DNA from: Actinomycetota bacterium
Lineage (GTDB): Bacteria > Actinomycetota > Actinomycetes > S36-B12
Length of the DNA: 56,397 bases
Direction of reading: 5' to 3'
Assembly: GCA_947449945.1 (NCBI GenBank)
Contig: CANFTO010000001.1
Location: 1 to 56,397 of the forward strand
Under the pieces are notes generated by a model. That model worked only from the letters and a program-made list of their open reading frames with translations. It was not told where the DNA came from and searched no databases. Below are positions 19,115-26,950 of this stretch, one piece after another (position 1 is the stretch's first letter; each line of letters opens with the position of its first letter). Made by a program: the position numbers and the translations under genes.

Positions 19115-19588
19115 TTAGTTGCACACTTCCCCAGGCGCGCAGCATGCGCCCGTTGCGGTTTCCGCAAGTGACAACATCTGCAATCCTGCGGGGTTGTCAT
19201 CCTTGATTGAGTAAAACTCCCATGGAGTTCCCGATGGGTCGTGCGCCCAAAATTTGTCTTGCAGGGCGAAGCAGCAGGTGGTGTTCATTTCATCAGCGAG
19301 TTCGAAACCGTCGTTGCGCAGGCGTTCGCCGTGGGTGCTGACAGCCGCAAGGTCCATGAGTTCGACACCAAGGTGGTTCAGAGCGCCCTGTGGGCCGGTA
19401 CCGCGGGCTGACTCGGTGGTTTCCATCAACACCAACTTCAGGGGCGGATTAGCGATTTCGAAATTCGCATAACCAGGGCGCAATTTATGCGGAGTTGTAT
19501 TGAAGAGCCTTGAATAAAAGTCGATTGAAGCTTCAAGATCGGCCACATTCAGGGCAAGCTGCACGCGGGAATCGGTTTCTGTGGACAC
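19115..19588 (-). CDS. ArsI/CadI family metalloenzyme (VOC/glyoxalase fold; candidate C-As lyase)
   Basis: VOC-fold pattern, a vicinal Cys pair TCCFALQDKFW, and a Cys-rich tail CCAPGEVCN. GTG start preceded by AGGAG. Its stop abuts the arsC start. Confidence 0.75.
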   Translation of the reverse strand: MSTETDSRVQLALNVADLEASIDFYSRLFNTTPHKLRPGYANFEIANPPLKLVLMETTESARGTGPQGALNHLGVELMDLAAVSTHGERLRNDGFELADEMNTTCCFALQDKFWAHDPSGTPWEFYSIKDDNPAGLQMLSLAETATGACCAPGEVCN

Positions 19589-19597
19589 GTGAACTCC

Positions 19598-19635
19598 TAT
19601 ATCGATGACTATCTATATTGACGAATGTCGATATA
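19598..19635. promoter_or_regulatory. candidate ArsR operator: perfect 8-bp inverted repeat TATATCGA-N22-TCGATATA
   Basis: I read it directly in the 114-bp divergent arsR / ars operon intergenic region. Confidence 0.4.
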
Positions 19636-19702
19636 CAATCAGACTGGGGAGAGAGAATCAACCTGTTAGGCCACCTGCAACGTGAAGATTGGATGAACAC
19701 CG

Positions 19703-20050
19703 ATGAGTGGCAGTTCAACGATGCTCGTCCTTGAGGACATCAGTGCCTGCGGGCCAAATGCAACAGGAGCGCCCCTCGATCGAACCTCAGCAGAGTCCAT
19801 GGCTGTCCTTCTTAAGGCAGTGGCTGACCCAGCACGCTTACAGTTGTTGTCCATATTGAAGCAAGCATCGAATCAGCAGGCGTGCGTATGCGACCTCACC
19901 GCTCCGCTTGGTTTAAGTCAACCAACAGTGAGTCATCACCTCAAGGTATTGGCCGATGCAGGACTCGTCACGCGCGAACGCCGAGGCTCGTGGGCATGGT
20001 TCACGTTGGTGCCAGCACAGTTGGAACATCTCAAAGGGTTCTTCGAATAG
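19703..20050 (+). CDS. arsR: ArsR/SmtB family metalloregulator
   Basis: LKAVADPARLQLLSIL wHTH region, a CVCDL metal(loid)-binding motif, and SHHLKVL. Confidence 0.85.
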   Translation: MSGSSTMLVLEDISACGPNATGAPLDRTSAESMAVLLKAVADPARLQLLSILKQASNQQACVCDLTAPLGLSQPTVSHHLKVLADAGLVTRERRGSWAWFTLVPAQLEHLKGFFE

Positions 20051-20077
20051 AAGCCGAGAAGTCAATAGAGTGAGCAC

Positions 20078-20518
20078 ATGCCACTTCAAGGTGAATATGA
20101 ACCAAGTCCTGTTGCATTCGTTCGCGATCAAGTTGCATTGATTGAATCCTCCGGTGGGCTTGAAGGAATTCTTGATCCAGAAGGCCGCGGAGTCATCGTG
20201 CTCACCACCCTTGGCGCTAAGTCAGGAAAGATTCGCAAATCTGCTCTCATGCGCGTTGAACATGAAGGTGCCTATGCTGTTGTGGCATCTCAAGGTGGAT
20301 CACGCAAGAACCCAGTGTGGTATTTCAATGTGCAAGCAAACCCACTTGTCGAATTACAAGATGGGCCCGAGCGACATGACTATTTGGCACGGGAGCTCGC
20401 AGGTGAAGAGCGTGAGCAATGGTGGGAGCGTGCAGTTAAGGACTTTCCTCCATATGGTGAATACCAAAAGCGCACTGAACGGGTCATTCCCGTTTTCATT
20501 TTGGAACGCGCGAACTAA
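20078..20518 (+). CDS. nitroreductase-family deazaflavin (F420)-dependent oxidoreductase (DUF385/Ddn-like)
   Basis: [17 protein letters not shown]...[17 protein letters not shown] signature of the DUF385 split-barrel family. It starts 27 nt downstream of arsR. Confidence 0.8.
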   Translation: MPLQGEYEPSPVAFVRDQVALIESSGGLEGILDPEGRGVIVLTTLGAKSGKIRKSALMRVEHEGAYAVVASQGGSRKNPVWYFNVQANPLVELQDGPERHDYLARELAGEEREQWWERAVKDFPPYGEYQKRTERVIPVFILERAN

Positions 20519-20568
20519 TTTATTCTTGAACAATCGTTGTTGTATCGCAACCGCAAACTGAGAGGCTC

Positions 20569-20997
20569 ATGTCAATGACCGAAAATGCTGGAGCAACACC
20601 AGAGACCACAGAACGTCTTCGCCGTCTGGGCCTGATGATGGTTGGCTCACTTCTCATTGAATTTATTGGTGGCATTGCCGTCACTTTCTGGGTTGAAACA
20701 CCGGAGTCTGGTTCGGGCTGGAGTGGATCATCACCGATGTGGCTAGTCATGGCACACGTCATCTGGGGCACGCTGATCTTGTTACTCGGCCTTTGGATAT
20801 TGATAGTCGCTCGAAAGGGCAAGTCACGTACCTGGTTAAACATGGGTGCATTCGGTTTCGTTGGCATCATCATCGCGTTTGCCGGTGGTAACTCATTTAT
20901 GAGTGATGTCAGCAGTGATGCCGCCTCGTTCATCATGGCGCTGGGCTTTGCCATAGCACTGTTCTTTTATGCATTCGCCCTTTTTAAGAAGGCGTAA
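20569..20997 (+). CDS. hypothetical 4-TM membrane protein
   Basis: 142 aa with four hydrophobic segments. I recognised no family. Confidence 0.5.
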   Translation: MSMTENAGATPETTERLRRLGLMMVGSLLIEFIGGIAVTFWVETPESGSGWSGSSPMWLVMAHVIWGTLILLLGLWILIVARKGKSRTWLNMGAFGFVGIIIAFAGGNSFMSDVSSDAASFIMALGFAIALFFYAFALFKKA

Positions 20998-20999
20998 CG

Positions 21000-21239
21000 A
21001 TGAGCGAATACAACGTCGAGAACCTAGACCGGTCTTGGACTACTACAAAGATTGTTGCCATCATCGTGGCGATTCTCACGGCTGGATACATGCTTCCGTG
21101 GGCGATCGCTGCAGTTCGAGATGTGCGCCACTGGTCAGTCTTTTGGGTAAACTTGCTGCTCGGCTGGACCGTTGTTGGCTGGATCATTGCCTTGGTCATG
21201 GCGCTACGTTCACAGCGACAAGTAGTCGTTATCAACTGA
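21000..21239 (+). CDS. superinfection-immunity-like small membrane protein (Imm_superinfect family)
   Basis: YMLPWAIAAVR...VNLLLGWTVVGWIIALVMAL matches the two-TM family pattern. It starts 2 nt after the upstream stop. Confidence 0.6.
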   Translation: MSEYNVENLDRSWTTTKIVAIIVAILTAGYMLPWAIAAVRDVRHWSVFWVNLLLGWTVVGWIIALVMALRSQRQVVVIN

Positions 21240-21332
21240 CCATGATTGTTGCCAGCTATGGAATATCTCGTGCCCGGGAAGTGTTAGCAACCACGAGTTT
21301 TACAACCGCCCAATCAATATGAATGAGGACCT

Positions 21333-21872
21333 ATGAGCAATGTCTATGACTTTTCGGTAGCAGCTGCCGACGGAAGCACCGTTGGCCTTGATGCTTACCA
21401 AGGAAAAGCACTCCTGATTGTGAATGTGGCGAGCAAGTGTGGATTAACCCCACAGTACGAAGGTCTGGAAGCACTGAATCAAACCCACGCGGACCGTGGC
21501 CTGCAGATTCTGGGTTTCCCATGCAACCAATTTGGTGGCCAAGAGCCAGGAACAGCGGAAGAGATTGCGGATTTCTGTTCATTGACCTATAACGTCACCT
21601 TCCCAATTCTGGCCAAGATTGATGTCAACGGCGAAGAAGCCGATCCACTGTTCACATACTTGCGTGCACAAGACCCAGGTGATTTCGGTCCACACAGTGG
21701 CCGTATCTTCGAGCACATCAGCAATACCCGACCAGAAGCAATTGGCACAGATGAGGTGAAGTGGAACTTCACTAAATTCCTCATCGGTCGCGATGGCAAT
21801 GTCATCCGCCGTTACGAGCCAGGTGTTACACCTGAAGAAATCGCGGCAGACTTAGACGCGGTGCTTGCTTAG
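21333..21872 (+). CDS. glutathione peroxidase
   Basis: LIVNVASKCGLT (active-site Cys), FPCNQFGGQEP and WNFTKFLI motifs. Confidence 0.9.
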   Translation: MSNVYDFSVAAADGSTVGLDAYQGKALLIVNVASKCGLTPQYEGLEALNQTHADRGLQILGFPCNQFGGQEPGTAEEIADFCSLTYNVTFPILAKIDVNGEEADPLFTYLRAQDPGDFGPHSGRIFEHISNTRPEAIGTDEVKWNFTKFLIGRDGNVIRRYEPGVTPEEIAADLDAVLA

Positions 21873-21886
21873 CTCGAGAACATAGA

Positions 21887-21924
21887 AACGAAGGGTTCCT
21901 CAAAGATTTGAGGAACCCTTCGTT
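21887..21924. terminator. bidirectional intrinsic terminator (perfect 16-bp stem, 6-nt loop)
   Basis: AACGAAGGGTTCCTCA-aagatt-TGAGGAACCCTTCGTT followed by TTAT. It sits between convergent genes. Confidence 0.6.
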
Positions 21925-21940
21925 TTATGCGATCAGTGAA

Positions 21941-22363
21941 TTAACTTTTCGTTGCCTTAGCGTTTTCGGCATGTTCGCCCTTTGCGTGAGGCGCCCAGTT
22001 GGGATTAATTGCCTGCATAGCAGCCAATTGAGTAGCGCGAGCAGACTCAACTGCAGCCTTACGGGCTGCTTTAGCGGCAGCCTTTGCCTCATCTGTTGGA
22101 TTAGTAGCGAGAACCGACTGGTAATCAGCCTTGGCTTTCTCTACTGAGGCCTTGAAGGTCGCATGAATGGCCTGGCGAGCGGTGGAGTTAGCCTCATGGA
22201 GTGCCTTCTTTGCTGGGTCGGCCGTGTGGCTTGCCGACGGTTTTGGCGTTGCTGACGCGCTTGGGCTAGGCACGGCTTCCGCTGCAAAGGCACTCCCTGA
22301 TGCGCCGATGAGCAGAAGTGAACCTAGGCCGGCAGCGGCGAAAGCTGTGAGCTTCTTGTTCAT
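21941..22363 (-). CDS. secreted Ala/Lys-rich hypothetical protein
   Basis: Signal peptide MNKKLTAFAAAGLGSLLLIGASGSAFA, followed by a low-complexity helical A/K-rich region. Confidence 0.5.
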   Translation of the reverse strand: MNKKLTAFAAAGLGSLLLIGASGSAFAAEAVPSPSASATPKPSASHTADPAKKALHEANSTARQAIHATFKASVEKAKADYQSVLATNPTDEAKAAAKAARKAAVESARATQLAAMQAINPNWAPHAKGEHAENAKATKS

Positions 22364-22462
22364 TTCTATTCTCCTTAGATCGTTCCCTTGTGGGGCTTGA
22401 ATTAAGGATCAGCAGCAATCTTGTGAGGATTCTGTGAAACTTCGGAGCCTGTCTTGTGAATT

Positions 22463-22504
22463 CGTTAGCCCTGTAACTCAAAGAATCGAGTTACAGGGCT
22501 AACG
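22463..22504 (-). terminator. stem-loop (17-bp perfect stem) downstream of the 22526..23713 gene
   Basis: CGTTAGCCCTGTAACTC-N8-GAGTTACAGGGCTAACG. No U-tract on either strand. Confidence 0.4.
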
Positions 22505-22525
22505 GTTGAACGTGCTCGTGAATCT

Positions 22526-23713
22526 TTAGTGCGCAGCGAGGTTTCCACTGATGATGTGTGGCGTGAAAGTCCACAATCCTGGCTTAGCTGGGTCTACACC
22601 TAATTCAACCCAGTGGTTGAAGCCTGAACCGAATGTCTGCACGCGCGTGAAGTTTGCAACGAGTGCACCCTTGTCCTTTTGCACGAGCTTTCCAGCAGTT
22701 TCGTTCATTGGCATGTCGAGTTGGTACCAGTGCTCGTCACCATTTTGAAGGAGTACCGGCTTAATAAAGCTCAATGCATTGGTTAGGAGTGCTTGCTTGT
22801 CAGCGTTGTATGCACTCGTGCATTCCTTGTCTGGCATTGCAAGGCCTGCGAGGTAGCCTTCCCAGTCCATGTTTGCCTGAACAACAACGATCACGCCGTT
22901 TGCATTATCGGCCTTTGCCTTTTCGAAGCCCTTATTGATCCAAGCGACGTTTGCAGCATCACGAGCAGCGTATTCAGCTGTATCGCCATCCTTGGCTAGG
23001 TCGTTGTAGGTCTTGCACGTCACGCCATCTGTTGGCATGTTGTTGGCTGAGCCTGGAATATTAGGGATGATCACGGTGATGCCGTTGTAGGTAAACATCT
23101 GCATCTCGGGGTAGTTCGGATCGTGATCGATCTTCACAGGGGTGGTTGAACCAGGAGAGGTAAGTGCCTTCTGTCCAAGCTTTGCGTAATTAGCAGCGCT
23201 TCCAAAGAAGTTCTGGCGAACAAGTGCTAAACGTGAATTTGGATCGTAGGCACCCTTGACCGGGCGATCGCAGTCAACCCATTCGTTGTCGCCAACGCTG
23301 TAGAAGATCTGATTCTTAAACTTGTCGAAGAAGTTGGTCTTGAGTGCCGGGTACGCCTCGTCAAGACACTTGTCTCCCTTGCCGGACATCGTGTCACCAT
23401 CGAACAAGGTGAACGCAACATTGCTGCCGTTAATCGCATTGATCACATTAGGCACTTGCTGAACACCGAGGGCGTCGTAAGGCATATCGCCAATCAGCGC
23501 AATGGAAAATGCGCCGGGTGCGCTTGCAGGTAAGGGTGTTGCTGTTGGCTTCGCGGCCGTTTTAGTGGTTGCGGAAGCAGTTGGTTGAGGGGTGGCAGGT
23601 ACGGCGTTTGACTGTGAAGCTACGAGCACGCCTGCGCCCGCAACCAATGTCAATGAAACGGCTACCTGAATGACTTTTGAAATAGGAGATTTGTTCACGC
23701 GCGCAGAATTCAC
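22526..23713 (-). CDS. secreted metallophosphoesterase-like protein
   Basis: Signal peptide plus a P/T/A-rich linker, then IGDMPYD, DGDTMSG and VGDNEW motifs resembling calcineurin-like phosphoesterase motifs. GTG start. Confidence 0.55.
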   Translation of the reverse strand: MNSARVNKSPISKVIQVAVSLTLVAGAGVLVASQSNAVPATPQPTASATTKTAAKPTATPLPASAPGAFSIALIGDMPYDALGVQQVPNVINAINGSNVAFTLFDGDTMSGKGDKCLDEAYPALKTNFFDKFKNQIFYSVGDNEWVDCDRPVKGAYDPNSRLALVRQNFFGSAANYAKLGQKALTSPGSTTPVKIDHDPNYPEMQMFTYNGITVIIPNIPGSANNMPTDGVTCKTYNDLAKDGDTAEYAARDAANVAWINKGFEKAKADNANGVIVVVQANMDWEGYLAGLAMPDKECTSAYNADKQALLTNALSFIKPVLLQNGDEHWYQLDMPMNETAGKLVQKDKGALVANFTRVQTFGSGFNHWVELGVDPAKPGLWTFTPHIISGNLAAH

Positions 23714-23779
23714 CTACGAGGTGTACAGAATCCTTTGGTTGTGTGACTGAGGGGTTAACGAAATGCGAAAGGTTCATGA

Positions 23780-24895
23780 TTAGGCAATGACGGAATCCAG
23801 AGGCTGAGCCGGCATATTGAATGCCTCGGCAACCGCTGGATACACCACTTGTCCATCGTGAACGTTCAGGCCGAGTGCCAGCGCGCGGTCATCGACCATA
23901 GCTCGTCGCCAGCCTTTGTCTGCGAGTTCAATCGCGTAGGGAAGCGTGACATTCGTGAGCGCAAAGGTTGAAGTATGAGGAACTGCTGCTGGCATGTTGG
24001 CAACGCAATAGAAAAGCGACTCATGCACCGTGAACGTTGGATCAGCGTGCGTCGTTGCTCGTGAATCGGCGAAACATCCACCCTGGTCAATCGCTATATC
24101 GACAAGCACCGAGCCGGGTTTCATTTGGGCAACGAGTTCGTTACTTATGAGTTTTGGTGCCTTTGCGCCATGAATAAGCACTGCGCCTATCACGAGATCA
24201 GCGTCGCGAACTGCACGTTCGACTTCAAAGTTATTCGAGGAAATAGTTTGCATATGACCTTGGTAAATCGCATCGACCTCGCGCAAACGCGCAACGTTGC
24301 GATCAAGTAACAGAACTTCAGCCTGCATGCCAAGCGCGATAGCCGCAGCATTCATGCCGGCGACGCCCGCACCAAGCACAACGACTTTGGCTGCATAGGT
24401 TCCCGAAACTCCGCCAAGGAGAACACCGCGACCACCGTTGACTGCCATCAAGGCTTGCGCGCCTACCTGAGGAGCCAGGCGCCCAGCAACTTCTGACATA
24501 GGTGCTAACAAGGGCAGAGTTTGGTTGGGGAGTTCAACGGTTTCATAAGCAACAGCAGTGGTGCCGGAGTTGATGAGCGCATCTGTGCACTCGCGAGATG
24601 CGGCAAGGTGAAGGTAGGTGAAAAGGATTTGATCCTTGCGCATGTACTGATATTCCGAGGGGATCGGCTCTTTAACCTTCATCAGGAGTTCGGCTTGTTC
24701 CCACACATCGCTTGAGTTTTGAACGATAGTTGCACCAGCTGCAACATATTCGTGATCAGGAATCGACGATCCATCGCCGGCACCGCTTTCAATCACCACT
24801 GAGTGACCGTGGCGAATGAATTCGTTGACGCCGGCTGGAGTAATGGCTACACGTGATTCCTGGCTCTTAATTTCCCGTGGAACACCGATCTTCAC
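23780..24895 (-). CDS. ald: alanine dehydrogenase
   Basis: MKIGVPREIK..E.RVA N-terminus, VVVLGAGVAGMNAA NAD motif, 371 aa. GTG start preceded by GGGAGG. Confidence 0.9.
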   Translation of the reverse strand: MKIGVPREIKSQESRVAITPAGVNEFIRHGHSVVIESGAGDGSSIPDHEYVAAGATIVQNSSDVWEQAELLMKVKEPIPSEYQYMRKDQILFTYLHLAASRECTDALINSGTTAVAYETVELPNQTLPLLAPMSEVAGRLAPQVGAQALMAVNGGRGVLLGGVSGTYAAKVVVLGAGVAGMNAAAIALGMQAEVLLLDRNVARLREVDAIYQGHMQTISSNNFEVERAVRDADLVIGAVLIHGAKAPKLISNELVAQMKPGSVLVDIAIDQGGCFADSRATTHADPTFTVHESLFYCVANMPAAVPHTSTFALTNVTLPYAIELADKGWRRAMVDDRALALGLNVHDGQVVYPAVAEAFNMPAQPLDSVIA

Positions 24896-24958
24896 AATTG
24901 CCTCCCATGCGCCCGATCATCTCATCGTAAGTGCAAGTGAAGGCAATTGCGTTACTGC

Positions 24959-25504
24959 CTAATACTGATAGGTGTCGTTATAGGTAGGTCCAGTTGGTGA
25001 GAGCTGATTTGGTGTTGTTATCGAACTTGAGGGGGCATTCGAAGTGATGGCTGTTCCTTTTGTATTCACAATCCACCACAATCCTCCCGAGGCATCGAGA
25101 CCTTGACCGGAAGTCACTCCAGGCGAGGTGTCGCCGACAAAGGTATATACGGGATGTTGATTGACCGTGAGTTGTAGAGCCCCGTCACTTCGATGAGTGA
25201 CTCCAAGTTTTGCAGTGACCCCCGCTGGTCGAGTGAGTGATCCCTTTTTCACCACTACCGGCAGCCAATTCTGTGCGCAGGCGCCCGAACAATTCGATTT
25301 CCCTGGTGAATCTTCAGTGAAGACGTACAGAGTCTTATGGTTGCTTGAATTCAAAATCTTGCCGAACGTGCTTGATGCCGTCGAGATAGTTGGCGCAGCG
25401 GGTTGCGCAAATGTGGGAGCAATCGCGCCCGCAGTCAACAGTGTGAATCCTGCGGTGATGAAACCTAGTTTTAGAACAATCGGTGCTTGCACGGGAACCT
25501 CCAA
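24959..25504 (-). CDS. secreted COG4315 / Lipoprotein_15 repeat protein
   Basis: Signal peptide. Two repeats of the type TLYVFTEDSPGKSNCSGACAQNWLPV and HPVYTFVGDTSPG. Confidence 0.7.
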   Translation of the reverse strand: MEVPVQAPIVLKLGFITAGFTLLTAGAIAPTFAQPAAPTISTASSTFGKILNSSNHKTLYVFTEDSPGKSNCSGACAQNWLPVVVKKGSLTRPAGVTAKLGVTHRSDGALQLTVNQHPVYTFVGDTSPGVTSGQGLDASGGLWWIVNTKGTAITSNAPSSSITTPNQLSPTGPTYNDTYQY

Positions 25505-25678
25505 TGAAGTACGAGGAGAAATCCGGTGAACTGCCCTTCGCCGGGGTGAATATTTGTCAGGTTAAGCGCAAAATTCGCGATTGCCCCCATCCCATCCGGT
25601 CATTGACCAGACTTCACAGAGGGCGACTCTCGCCTGACCGCCGCATCGGTTGAAGGGCAGGGATGCGAGACTGTTCCC

Positions 25679-25849
25679 ATGGCCGACGAACAGCTCGATG
25701 CGCAACGTGAAAAATTCAAAGCAGCATTAGAAGCGAAGAAGAACAAGAGCCAACAAGGTAGCCAGGCTAAAGGTGGCGCCACGAATGCCGGTAAAGACTC
25801 ATCAAAGGGTGCTGTTGCAAAGCGGGAGCATCGCCGCAAGAGCGGTTGA
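25679..25849 (+). CDS. DUF5302 domain-containing small protein (56 aa)
   Basis: Manual translation: MADEQLDAQREKFKAALEAKKNKSQQGSQAKGGATNAGKDSSKGAVAKREHRRKSG. The KF(K/R)xALExK start and RRKSG end are typical of DUF5302. It is below the track length cutoff. Confidence 0.65.
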   Translation: MADEQLDAQREKFKAALEAKKNKSQQGSQAKGGATNAGKDSSKGAVAKREHRRKSG

Positions 25850-25858
25850 TCCTTCGAA

Positions 25859-26950
25859 GTGAGTCAGATTCAACGCCCACGAATTGAGTGGATGGATCTT
25901 GTTAAAGGAACATCTGTCTTAATCGTCGTGCTCTTCCACGCTGAAATACACATGTACAAAGTGGTGCCCGACGGGTTTGCGTCCAATGTGTGGCACACGA
26001 CAATGATGGTGATCGAACCATTGCGCATGCCGATTTTCTTCATGGTCTCGGGAATGTTGGCTACAGGTGCATTAGCGCGCCCTTGGAATAAGTCACGACG
26101 CCGAACCTACGGGATGACATATCTCTACGTTTTGTGGAGCGCGATCTTTTTTACCATCGTGGCCTTGTACATTAAAGAAACTCCAGTCGAAGCTCTTCTA
26201 GAATTTCCTCGACGCCTCATCGTAGGTAGCAGTGGTTATTGGTACCTCTATGCATTGCTGCTGTACTTCCTTATTGCCAAAGCTTGCCGTCGTTGGCCCT
26301 TGTGGACCATTTTGGGAATTGCGATCGTTTTGAATTTGCTCCGTGCACCAGTGGCACAGTGGAATCGCGATTACGCATTTACCATCGATGAAGGTTCCGC
26401 GATGACCTTGATAGCTGTAAACCTTGTGTTCTACTTACTTGGCGCCTATTGCAAGGAAATCATTACCTGGATTTCCGAGCGCGCTTCATGGCGATGGGTC
26501 ATTGGAATCGTTGTGGTGGTTTGTGCATATGGACTCTGGCGGGCGAATGCTCCAGAATATGTTGAGATTACCTACCTCCCAATTTCACTTGGGTGGATTG
26601 TGGCTGGTGTGATGGCAGCGGAGTTGCTGGTCAAGCGCAGCGGGCCTCGCAAGTTTGGAACTTTCTTTGGCGCACGCACGCTACCGATTTTTGTGGTGCA
26701 GTTCCCATTGCTGATGGTGTTGTCTTCCTACCTCAGGAACAATCGTCCGGAATATCTGCAAAACGAAGTGGTGCAAATCTTCTTCCCAATCATTGCGACA
26801 GTAGTCATGACTGTCATTGCCTTGGTGCTCTATCGCATCACGCAAAATAATCGCGGACGATTCTTGTTCGAAGCTCCTCGATGGGTAGTTCGGGAGCCTC
26901 GTGCAACTCCGCCCCCAAGCAACGAAAAGCCGGTATCGTCAACGGTATGA
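25859..26950 (+). CDS. acyltransferase family protein (AT3), paralog of 16274..17329
   Basis: MSQIQRPRIEWMDLVKG..., EPLRMPIFFMVSGML, and TLPIFVVQFP are all shared with the paralog. Confidence 0.8.
   Translation: MSQIQRPRIEWMDLVKGTSVLIVVLFHAEIHMYKVVPDGFASNVWHTTMMVIEPLRMPIFFMVSGMLATGALARPWNKSRRRTYGMTYLYVLWSAIFFTIVALYIKETPVEALLEFPRRLIVGSSGYWYLYALLLYFLIAKACRRWPLWTILGIAIVLNLLRAPVAQWNRDYAFTIDEGSAMTLIAVNLVFYLLGAYCKEIITWISERASWRWVIGIVVVVCAYGLWRANAPEYVEITYLPISLGWIVAGVMAAELLVKRSGPRKFGTFFGARTLPIFVVQFPLLMVLSSYLRNNRPEYLQNEVVQIFFPIIATVVMTVIALVLYRITQNNRGRFLFEAPRWVVREPRATPPPSNEKPVSSTV

Noticed and set aside
20142-20561. 139-aa alternative-frame ORF over the DUF385 gene, and the 117-aa ORF 20969..21322 over the Imm-like gene.
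   Set aside because: The overlapping frames carry recognisable family signatures, and these alternative ORFs do not.
20569-21239. Prophage or defence island suggested by the superinfection-immunity-like gene.
   Set aside because: I found no integrase, recombinase, phage structural gene, toxin, att-like repeat or tRNA in the vicinity or anywhere in the window.
25600-25839. 79-aa minus-strand ORF listed in the track.
   Set aside because: It is antisense to a much more convincing DUF5302 ORF. Its Cys/Ala/Ser/Phe-rich composition matches no family pattern.
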